Source: Octopus vulgaris
Lineage: Eukaryota
Direction: 5' to 3'
Assembly: GCA_951406725.2 (NCBI GenBank)
Contig: OX597835.1
Location: 14,322,001 to 14,386,000, forward strand
Length of the DNA stretch: 64,000 bases
The position numbers and the translations under genes were made by a program. Of the stretch, positions 52,001 through 64,000 are shown one piece after another. Position 1 is the stretch's first letter, and each line of letters opens with the position of its first letter. Under the pieces are notes generated by a model, which saw nothing but the letters and a program-made list of their open reading frames with translations, was not told the origin of the DNA and ran no database searches.

Positions 52001-52614
52001 TCTATCCATTGGTCGATTAATATGCGAAAAACCCCACAGTTAAGTTTTAGAAACTGTTAAACCAATTTATCTAAAATATTTATTTACTTGCTATTAAATA
52101 CGTTTTTATCACCATTGATTTATACTTAAAGATGAGTCAAGATTTAAGAGATAATACATCAATCACCTACCCAGCCAAGAGTCTAACGCCAATGTGTTTC
52201 GACCATAGATTCACATAAATGAGAGCAATAACTGCGGTGAAACAGACTATAAAATACTAAGATGTTTGAAGCAAAAATTAGTTTCTTTTAAAAGAGCGGG
52301 CTTCCTCTAAAATAAACTACTAAAACACAGTTGGTTTATTAAAAGACAAGATAAGGGTGTAGCGGCATGATTGTGTGGTGTGGTTAAAAGTTATACGTTG
52401 CAAATATGAGTTGCCGGTTCGAATTCACTGTACAGCAGAGCGCCTTGTGTCTTCTAACTTTGCCTCGCATTGACTTATGCTTCTTGAGTGAAATTCGATG
52501 GATAGAATAAGTTTGGAAGTTCGATGCATGTGTGTATATGCATATACGTACGCATGTATGTATATGTATGTATATGTATGTATATGTATGCATACATATA
52601 TGTGTGTATATATA

Positions 52615-52678
<64 letters not shown>

Positions 52679-52680
52679 TG

Positions 52681-52712
<32 letters not shown>

Positions 52713-53814
52713 GAATGATATATATATATATATGTGAGGTAGTGGGTAGCGTGTGTGCGTGGAGGCGCAATGGCCCAGTGGTTAGAGCAGTTTGTACTTC
52801 CAATAGGAAATCTTTAGATGATAAAAAATTATGGGTTAGACTGGTGGTTTTTCCTTTTCTCTTTATTTTATTTTATTTTTTTAAGCTGTTGTGGATCCTA
52901 ACAGATAAACCGCTGGATATTTCTAGGAGAACTAACACAGAGTTTACTGCTAAACTACAGAGGTATAGACTGTCTTCTTGGATATTATTCTGAAAAATTT
53001 CTGCCATCAGAGGCATTCACAGTTACAGTGAATGAACAGAAAGAGTAAAAATCTCCATAAACTTTTGTCAGTTTCTTCAGAACACGTAGTTAGTTTCTGA
53101 GGAATTGATTGTTATTTTATATTATTTGATAATTTCCTTCTTTTCCTTCGACTTGGCATTCCGTCAGAATTTGTCTGAAAAAGCAAAATTTATTCGAATT
53201 TCCAAAACGACAAACGAAAGTTGTAAAAGAAGACCAGAGCTGCAAAAATAAACCATAAAACATTTTGATGAAAATATTTCTTGCGTTGATTCAAATAACA
53301 TTTGAAAGTATTAAAAGAAGGAACGAATTCGTTCAAGTCACTAGATGGTACCCAAGTCTATAAGCCGACATTTGGTTGACATTTTCTTCCAGTTTTCTTA
53401 TCTTGGTATTTCTTAGGTGTCATTTCAGAGACATAGTAGCTGTCTACAGATAGGCATTGACTATCCAGTAAGTAATATTACCGTATGTTTCATAGAGTTA
53501 CTAACGATACTGCCGACAGAGTTCAATATGTGAGTGGTTTGATTTTTTTTATCCCCCGCCGTCAAAAACGATTTGCTGTCTTGAGATAGATTAGTGAATT
53601 TGGATTAAAATTTCATCTAATTGCTATTTTTGATTGTTTTTAAGCCGTATGCACTCTACACTAATCTCTTTAGGATTCGTTAATACACGCACACACGTAT
53701 ATAATGTACGTATAAGCGTGTGTGCATATGTGTGTATGTATATGTCTGTATCAATAAGTATATATATATATATATATATGTATGTATGCACGTGTACATG
53801 TGTGTATATGGATG

Positions 53815-53866
<52 letters not shown>

Positions 53867-53887
53867 TGTGTGTGTGTATGTGTGAGT

Positions 53888-53929
<42 letters not shown>

Positions 53930-55354
53930 GTGTGTGTGTACGTGTAGGTATCTGTGCGTATGATGTGTATGTGTGCATTTGTGTGCACCCACAGATTGTG
54001 GTAGCGAAGTCGGTAGTTTGTTTACTTACCTGTCAGTCAATTCAATGCCAATTTCAAAGTTGGCTAACATTACAAGAGTTACAATAACAGACGCTATAAG
54101 TGGCAGCCATTTTTCTTCCTTCGATACCAAAACCAATTCTTTTGTCAAAGCTGCTTAGTTGTTAAGTAGTTTAAGTTAGGGTAGAACTTGCCCCACTAAT
54201 TCCCTAATCCCTTCATATACCTGATAGATTTTTCTCCGGCTTTTTCACAGCTCCAAAATAGATCTAGATTTTAATGGAAGAAAAGCGAAACAATTGGAAT
54301 ATTCAAATCGTATTTGAGAGCTCTGAAACACTAAAGTACTTTTGACGTGATTGATTATCGAAGCGAAATTCCCTACGGTATGGGCATTAACAAAATAATA
54401 ATCCCGCCTAAATAACACCCAAGTATTCGATAAAAAGCGTTAAACATGTAAGAGGAAAAAGTCATTTATGGATCTAATTTGAATCGGGGTGGCATAATTC
54501 TGAGCAAAAATGTTAAAGCACATTTTGGAACAGTTCTCCATGGAAGAGGAGAATATTCAGGACTAGATTATCGAGAACTATCTTGTCAAGTGTATCGCTT
54601 CCTCATTTAAGATAGCTGGGTGTGATTGAAAAGATATTTGGTTGCTAATTTTAGTACGTCGAGTGGGCCCCAACCTCCTTGTTTTTCCCCCCAAATCTTT
54701 GATTCAGGAGAGTGAAGGCGCGTGGCCTAGTGGTTAGGCTGTTGCATTGACTGTCGTTAGATTGTGGTTTCAATTTCTGGAGCGGGCGTTGCGTGATGTA
54801 CTTGAATAAAACATTTCATTTCATGTTGCTCTAGTTTCCTCAGTTGTAGATGAGTTTCAACAGTAACTGGGAAGTTAACCCTGTTACGAACTGGCGTTCC
54901 ATTCGGTGGTGGTGGGAATATTATAATGTCTGTCACTTATAAGCCATGAACACTTGATTAAACTCAGGCGTTATGAGTCCAAAGGTGTCATCCTGGGATT
55001 TGAGCTCAGAGTTCAGGGTGCTAAAACAAATGCCATGAAGCACAACCAGCCGTTTCACGCGAGAGACCATGCCTTGTTAACATGTACCGTGCTTTCACTA
55101 ATTGTTTTAGGTGCCATTATTGTCGTGCGCAGACACATACACTCTTGATACAGCGGAGCATCCAGGACGTGGTAGATGGTTGAGGACGGAGAGCCGCACG
55201 ATCACCCAGCGGGTATTTATTACAGATGAGTAGAGGGAAATCGCGTGAAATAAAACGCATCACTCAAGGACAGACGTTGCCCGGCCAAGAATTGAACTTT
55301 CTTCTTTATGATTATGAGACGAACACCCTAACCAATAGGTCACGTGCTGTGTGT

Positions 55355-55530
55355 TTCAGGTATTTGACTGTGGCCATGCTGGAGCACCGCCTTTGGTCGA
55401 ACAAATCGACCCTAGGGCTCATTCTTTATAAGCCTAGTACTTATTTTATTGGTGTCTTTTGCCGAACTGCTACGTTACGGGGACGTAAAGATACACATCG
55501 GTTGTGAAACGATGGGGTATAAGCACAGAT

Positions 55531-55563
<33 letters not shown>

Positions 55564-55710
55564 ACGGGCTTCTTTCATTTTCCGTTTGCTAAATCCACTC
55601 ACAAGGCTTTGGTCGGCCCAAGAAGACGCCTAAAGTGCCACGCAGTGGGACTGAACCAGTGGCCATGTGGTTGGTAAGCAAGCTATTTACCACACAGCCA
55701 CTCCTGCGCC
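55355..55710 (-). mobile_element. SINE family B
   Basis: TTTGACTGTGGCCATGCTGGAGCACC...CACAGCCACTCCTGCGCC. Confidence 0.88.
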
Positions 55711-55711
55711 T

Positions 55712-55796
<85 letters not shown>

Positions 55797-55931
55797 CATA
55801 CACATACATATACATATATATATATTACTACACACGCACACACTCAAGCATGTGTTTATGCTTATATATGTAAATGTGTGCTTGTTAATATAGGTGTATG
55901 TTTCGCCGTCCTCTCTCTTTTGTGTGTGTAT

Positions 55932-55963
<32 letters not shown>

Positions 55964-56448
55964 TAGTAATTTGGAAGATCTTGGCTCTAAAATAAGCTCC
56001 TTCACTCTTTAGATCGCCGACCGCTAAATATGACAAAAAAAAAAAAAATTTGGAAAATAAGAAGAAACAAAAGGCAAAACGAGAGAACTGCATGTATTTT
56101 TGAGCAGATTTGTTCCCGTAAATAAACCCCGAAATCGGATTAGAACCAAACAGAACATTATTTTAATGGAATCTGTTGTAAAAACAAAGGTCTCCGGATG
56201 CTAGGGAAAGAATAACATTAATGAGTTTTTCTTTTACAAGCATGCTGTGTAGCTTACGATTTTTTTAAAGGAAAAATGTAAATATACCGAGTGTGAAATG
56301 TGTTTAGTGAACGTGCTGTAGGTTATATATAGGTTTTGTGTAGTGTTTCGAGTACATAAAATGGAATTTGGGAGATTATGTCTTTCTGAAGCGCGGATGC
56401 AAAACTAAAGATTGCCGCTTTGGATTCGCTTGTGTTGTACGCTAGGCT

Positions 56449-56564
56449 TTGATTCGTTATTCGGTTTATTCGTTATTCAGTTTATTCGTTATTCGGTTGA
56501 TTCGTTATTCGGTTGATTCGTTATTCAGCTGATTCGTTATTCGGTTGATTTGTTATTTGATTCG
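56449..56564. repeat. 16-bp minisatellite (TT(G/T)ATTCGTTATTC(G/A)G), ~6-7 units
   Basis: Directly visible. Confidence 0.85.
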
Positions 56565-56566
56565 TT

Positions 56567-56950
56567 TGGAGGCGCAATGGCCCAGTGGTTAGGGCAGCGG
56601 ACTCGCGGCCGTAGGATCGCGGTTTCGATTCCCAGACCGGGGGTTGTGAGTGTTTATTGAGCGAAAACACCTAAAGCTCCACGAGGCTCCGGCAGGGATG
56701 GTGGTGATCCCTGCTGTACTCTTTCACCACAACTTTATCTCACTCTTACTTCCTGTTTCTGTTGTACCTGTATTTCAAAAGGGCCGGCCTTGTCACTCTC
56801 TGTGTCACGCTGAATATCCCCGAGAACTACGTTAAGGGTACACGTGTCTGTGGAGTGCTCAGCCACTTACACGTTAATTTCACGAGCAGGCTGTTCCGTT
56901 GATCGGATCAATCGGAACCCTCATCGTCGTAACCGACGGAGTGCTTCCAC
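56567..56950 (+). mobile_element. SINE family A, full length
   Basis: A box TGGCCCAGTGG, B box GGTTTCGATTCC. TSD TATTTGATTCG at 56554-56564 and 56951-56961. Confidence 0.95.
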
Positions 56951-57410
56951 TATTTGATTCGCTACCACTAACCTTTGGGTACCTTTAGGGGAGTATACTC
57001 AAAGCCGCTTTAAGGCATATGTGTAGTTGCTCGGGGGTTCCATGCGTCAAAAGACCCAATTTTGTATGTCGTGACTTGATTTCAATAAATAAATTCCTAC
57101 AGGGCCCAGTGAATGATTTGCTCCAAATCCCTCAATGCTGCTATGGCGGCTCTGGGTATGCTGTTAATAACAGTCGAGCAGGATTTTCCGGTGTAGATGA
57201 TTCTCTGTCCCCGACCAACCAAGAAATAACGGTGAATTTCAAATGAAAAACAGGCACTGCATTTCTTAAGATGGGTCGTGTAAAATGGATATATATAAAT
57301 AAAAAAAAATGAATGGTTTTTCTCTGATATTTGTGCGCTTTGAGGGTAACCTCCTAAGGTAGTGAGATTATTTATGAGAGAGATTGGTCGTTGGTATTAA
57401 CAGTAGAACA

Positions 57411-57880
57411 AAGGCGGCGAGATGGCAGAAACGTTAGCACGCCGGGCGAAATGCTTAGCAGTATTTCGTCTGCCGCTACGTTCTGAGTTCAAATTCCGCC
57501 GGGGTCGACTTTGTATTTCATCCTTTCGGGGTCGATTAAATAAGTACCAGTTACGCACTGGGGTCGATATAATCGACTTAATCCGTTTGTCTGTTCTTGT
57601 TTGTCCTCTCTGTGTTTAGCCCCTTGTGGGCAGTAAAGAAATAGGTATTAACAGTAGATCAAAGGCAGCGAACCGGCAGAATCGTCAGCTCACTGGGCAA
57701 AATGCTTACCAGTATTTCGCCTGTTTTTCCCTTCTGAGTTCAAATGCCACCGAAGTTGAGTTTACTGTTCATTCTGTCGGGATTGATGAAATAAGGACCA
57801 GTTGAGAACGGGAGTCGATGTAATCGGCTTGCTCCTTTCCCTGAAATTGCTGGCCTTGTGTCAAAATTTTAAACCAATTT
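57411..57880 (+). mobile_element. Two tandem SINE-C copies (young then old)
   Basis: GGTATTAACAGTAGA(A/T)CAAAGGC precedes both copies (57393, 57644). Confidence 0.85.
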
Positions 57881-58020
57881 TAACAGCAGAACCGTAACCT
57901 GCTTCCAGGATCTGTTTGAGTAGACGCCGACATGTCCTCTGTATTATGAAGGCCCTGTTGCCTACCAACACACCGCTTATAAACAATGTCGTTTATCAGT
58001 TTTGTTTAATTGTTTAATCT

Positions 58021-58250
58021 ATTTCTTTATTACCCACAAGGGGCTAAACATAGAGGAGACGAACAAGGACAGACATGGGTATTGAGTCGGTTACAGCGAC
58101 CCAGTGCGTAACTGGTACTTAATTTATCGACCCAGAAAGGATGAAAGGCAAAGTCGACCTCGGCGGAATTTGAACTCAGAACGTAACGGCAGACGAAATA
58201 CGGCTACGCATTTCGCCCGGCGTGCTAACGTTTCTGCCAGCTCGCCGCCG
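58021..58250 (-). mobile_element. SINE family C
   Basis: Reverse complement of 57411-57643. Confidence 0.9.
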
Positions 58251-58964
58251 TCGAAGAGAAGCTATTTGCGTCATTTTCCAAAGAAGCTCTGCATGGTAGA
58301 GTAATACAATATGGCAGAAATATGATGTAACAGTAGAGAGAGAGAGAGGGGGGGAAGAGAGAGAGAGAGACAGACAGAGAGAGAGGAGGGGCTTTCACTG
58401 ACGTCTTAATATTGGTTGAAATATGGCTACTGCCAGTTTTATTTTCTGTATTATGTGTTCCGTGTCGCCGAGACGAGATATAACTTGCTAAGATTGTCTC
58501 CATCGTTTACTGATTCTGTCTATTTCACAGTCAAGGGACCAGCCTCATGACTCGTTTCTTTCATGCCACTGAGAATTCTAGCGCCCGTCGAGATAGAATC
58601 TCTACATCATTGACTTATATGTCTTCTATTAGTAGAACGCTATTACTCACAGAAGTGCCGGCCAAACTGGAATGAAAACCAGATGACGGAGTAATTTCTT
58701 TGTCATATTCGCCAAAATTAATTTATTGTTTGTCATATTCTTATAATATTAATTTGGTTTTATGCTTGGAAGATGTCTGTAATGTGATACAGTGTGCGAT
58801 ATATTGTTTTGTCAGAGAAATTCGTTCGTTTTCTTTCTTCTGGTTATTCCATCTTCATATGTCTGGAAAGAGGTAAAAGACATTCAGATTTCAAAAACAA
58901 ACAAAAAATTCTTCTTGAAGGAGGCAAGAAGGGCTAAAGAAACCCCTAAAGGATTATCCGTTAT

Positions 58965-59214
58965 CTTTTATTTGTTCGAGTAATTTGACTCCGGCCATGC
59001 TGGGGCATTGCCTTAAAGAAATTTTACTCGAATGATTCAACCCAGTACATTTTTTTTTAAAAGCCTAGTACTCATTCTATCGGTCTCTTTTGCTGAACCG
59101 CTAGGTTACGGGGACGTAAACAGACCAACGCTAGATTTCAGCGGTGGTAGGGGACAAACACAGACACAAAGATTCTCTCTCTCTCACTCACACACACGCC
59201 CGCACGCACACACG

Positions 59215-59290
<76 letters not shown>

Positions 59291-59392
59291 TACGTACAAC
59301 GATCTTCTTTCAGTTTCCATCCCCCAAATCCATTCATAAGGCTTTTAGCTGTCCCGAAGCTATAGTAGAAGACACTTGCCTAAGGTGTCACG
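58965..59392 (-). mobile_element. SINE family B, diverged
   Basis: GGCCATGCTGGGGCA...CTATCGGTCTCTTTTGCTGAACCGCT...(CA)n...GAAGACACTTGCC. Confidence 0.8.
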
Positions 59393-59979
59393 CATATTTC
59401 TAGAATGCATCCGAAATGTTAATGGAGTCAGAATTCTAGCGCCTGTTGTTGTTTTAGCCCTGATAAGGAGACCTGTGATCTAAATTATTCCGTCCCTGCC
59501 CATCCACCCTATCCATTTTTATTTCATTATCCAAATGTCATCTTATTTTTCAGACCACATCGAGAGATTTGACTGAGATTTGGTTGCTATTTCTCGCAGG
59601 TTGAGCCAACGCCTAGCATTCTCTCATTGATTTGTGATAACCTATTCTATCAAAAAGCCTGGTTAAGGGACGAAAGAAAACCCTCAAATACTCAACAAAT
59701 TTTTTTTATATCTCGATACACATCCCCATTTCTTATAAAGCGTGGACACATTTCGAACCCGCACCCTATAATTAGGACTCTGCTATACAATTCAGTTTGT
59801 TTATCATTGGTCACCTGGTGAAGCCAGATTCCTGGAGTAGCTATTGTTGTCACTGAAGACCGATTCTTTGAATCTGATAATGTTAGATTCTTGGCAATGA
59901 TGTCTGTTGGTTCCCCTACAGACATTCCAAGATTTGAAGATATTTACACGTCCAATATCAGCCATCAACATCTACCATG

Positions 59980-61060
<1,081 letters not shown>

Positions 61061-61199
61061 ACGATGCTAATGATTTCTAACATTGGCACAAAACACTATT
61101 TTGTCGTAGAGAGACCAATTGAGCCAAAGAAACCCCAAAAGTTAACTGCTACTTATTTTTTTTTTTTTAGTTAATCCAAAAAGATAAAAAAAAGCAATT

Positions 61200-62400
61200 T
61201 TCACTTCGGTAGGACTTGATCTCAGAACATGAAGAACAAGAAGAAATTAATTCAAAGCTTTTGGATTTAACATTAGTACAAGTCTTGAAATTTGGCGGAG
61301 GTGGTTAGTTGATATTTGAACTGGGTCTTTATTTTGTCGACCCCACCCCCAAAAGGATGAACAGCAAAGTCGACTTCCATGGGATTTGAATTCAAAATAT
61401 AAAGAGCCGGAAGAAATGTGTTAAAGCATTTGGTCCGACGCACAATAGATTCTGTCGATCAACCGCAAGAATAGTCATAATTCTTTCTACTATAACACAT
61501 GGCCATCAATTTCGGGAGAGAGGGCAGGTCGATTACGTCAACCCCAGTCCTCAACTGGTACTTATTTTATCGACCCCGACAGGATGAAAAATAAAGTCGA
61601 ATTTGAACTTAGGATGTAAATCGGAACAAATATCACTCAGTATTTATCCCAAAGTTCCAACGATTCTGCTAGCTCGCCCTTATCAAGTCTCCAAATTTTG
61701 GGCACTGGGCCAACACTTATCAGTGGGGGGGGGGGAGATAAGTCGATTACACCGACTTCAGTACTTGACTGGTTCTTTATTTTATCAATCCCGGAGAAGT
61801 GAAAGCAAAACTGACTTCAAAGCAAAACTGATTTGAACTCAGCATGCAATAAAGATGGAACAAATATCACTCAGTATTTTCCCAAAGTTCCAACGATTCT
61901 GCTAGTTCGCCGCCCTTTCAAGTCTGATTTGGGCACAAATCCAGAAATTCTGATGGGTGGGGGATTAGTCAAAACTATTGATCCCAGTATTTACCTAGGG
62001 GGTTTATTTATCGACCCTAATAGAATAAAAGGCAAAACTGACCTCGTCGGAATTTAAACTCGGAACGTTAACTTACCGTAGGGTGTTTTGTTCGACACGC
62101 CAACAATTTAATCAAATCCCCGCCTTAATTATATCTAAATTGGTCACAATGCTCTGACGATTCTGTCATTTTATTATCTGTCATTTTGTTATATGTGCAA
62201 GACCAGAAATTTGAGGGGAGGGGCTTGTTGATTAAATCAACCCTACTGCTGGGTGGGGATTTTATTTAATGAACAGCAAAAGGATTAAATGCATAACTGA
62301 TTTCGGTTGGGTTTGAACTTAGTAATGCGCCGAAATAAATACCGCCAAGTAATTTGCCGGATGCTCTACCGATTCAGCCAACTGTTTCTAGCTTTGTTGT
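61200..62400 (-). mobile_element. Tandem cluster of old SINE-C-like units
   Basis: Recurrent TTTATCGACCC...AAAGTCGA...TTTGAACT. CAAATATCACTCAGTATTT..CCCAAAGTTCCAACGATTCTGCTAG is duplicated at ~61627 and ~61860. Confidence 0.7.
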
Positions 62401-62809
62401 ATTTGGAAGAAAATACTGATATGATGTCAGTTTTTTAGTGCGTTTTTATTTTGATCATCCCAGAAAGATGAAAGGCAAGGCCGAGATTTGAACTCACGAG
62501 GTAAATAAACGTAAATAAATCTCACAAGGCCTTTTGTTCGACACCCTACCGTTTCTGGCATTTTGCCATTCCTGAACTTATAATGATGATTTCTTACATT
62601 GGCAAAGAGCCACAAGTGAAGAAGCTGTTGGTCAGTCAAGCCTGAGAATTACTCTTTAATCATTCTGACAGAGAATTTCCTTCTTCACAAATCATTTTTT
62701 ATATTAAACTTGTTCAGCCTCTTGAGAAAAAAAAAATAGAAAAGAATAACTAAAAACCTGTTAATATTGCGATTCTATGTTTCCTTGTAAGCCGTAGTTC
62801 TTCAATTCC

Positions 62810-62920
62810 TTGGGTGCGCGGAAACATACGTCTTCCGTCACCGGAAGTCAGTAATAATAATTACCTTTTATCCTTTTGGCACGTGGCCACACACACTTTA
62901 AAGCAAGCTATATTTAATAA
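62810..62920. promoter_or_regulatory. CpG-containing promoter/enhancer-like island
   Basis: CCGGAAGT (ETS) 62841-62848, CGTCA, CACGTG 62880-62885, TATA-like 62909-62917. Motif matches only. Confidence 0.3.
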
Positions 62921-64000
62921 GTTACAGAGAGGATGCCCTCCCAGTCTGGTGAGATTGATGTGTCTACCGCCAAGGAAAAACTTTTGCAGAAAACCACACA
63001 AAGATCAGGTGGTGGTGTTAAACTTTAAATGCACAGAAGGTCAGTTTGTATTATCGTGGTACTTGCACCAGAGAAGCTGTTCGCTTGAGCTAAACGGTTC
63101 ACCTGTCTGGTCCTGTTGTTTGCAACTCGAGCTTTAGAGCTTCGTGAACGGGGTTTCAAGACGTCTTGATATCATATCGGCTGTAGAAGTAACATTACGT
63201 CTGAAGTTATTGCTAGATAGATGATCCAAGGTCACCAAAACAGAATTCGGTGATGGAGAAAAAATACAAGAGAGAGAATGGGGGGGATAGAGTAAAACTG
63301 AATCACAAAAGATAAAGAGAAAACGAGAAAAAGTGAGATCAAAAGAAAAGGAAGAAAGAATGAATAAATATATAAAAATAAAGACAAAATTAAGGTTAAT
63401 GAAAAAGTCTGTTGCTGTGGTATTTATTTTTGTCTTAAAGAAAATTTTTTCATAGACAAGTTGTGTTAAGAACAATATACATCGAAGCGATACGCACATA
63501 GTCGTAGCAGCAACTCTTGAATACATTTGACGCATTTCGTCTTTTTTAGAAGCGTGTCAATAACATGCACTTATTTGACATATAATTGAACAAAATCCAT
63601 GCTTCGATATAAAAGAAAGAGAATACATTTATTGATGTTGCGGAATGCCTGCCGGGCAAGCTGTTTTAACTTAATGCTGTTTCGATTGCGTTCACTGAAT
63701 TTTTTTTCAACCTGGCAAGCATTCTACAGTATCAGTACCTGTGTTATTCAATGTTTCGTGCATATCAAGGCAGGAATTTCGTTCAAGCATGTGACAAATG
63801 TTTACACGTTATTGACAAACCTCAAGAAAGGCGAAACTCGTCCCGTGAGTCACTGCTGCAACGATATTTGATTTCGCTTCGATACATACATACATACATA
63901 TGTATATTTAAAGGGCTAAAAAAACCACTCTGTGGTCAGCCGTATGCTAGAAGTAGATCACCTGCGATCAAACTACAAAGAAAAGAATGTTCTCTAGAGA

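Noticed and set aside
56567-56640. tRNA genes at SINE heads
   Set aside because: A and B boxes are present, but the sequence continues into SINE bodies with TSDs and no proper acceptor stem was seen.

Overview
AT-rich eukaryotic DNA saturated with microsatellites and retroposons. The tRNA-derived SINE families and repeat landscape suggest a cephalopod, probably Octopus (inference). No intact host protein-coding gene is recognisable. Most long ORFs in the track are translated simple repeats, and the window looks like a very long intron or intergenic region. Supported content: more than 30 copies of four tRNA-derived SINE families (several with target-site duplications or nested), two non-autonomous Helitrons, two internally deleted Tc1/mariner elements (one DD37D/maT carrying an 11 x 35-bp array), CR1-, RTE- and APE-domain LINE fossils, a U6 snRNA pseudogene and several Penelope-like element (PLE) remnants. 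The most notable hidden signal is a set of at least five distinct minimal hammerhead-ribozyme motifs, mostly at PLE 3' ends beside (TA)n tracts. One has an intact core and palindromic stem III, one has a 72-nt stem II insert, and one sits directly upstream of a segment homologous to the U6 copy's 5' flank. Coordinates of degenerate elements are approximate.
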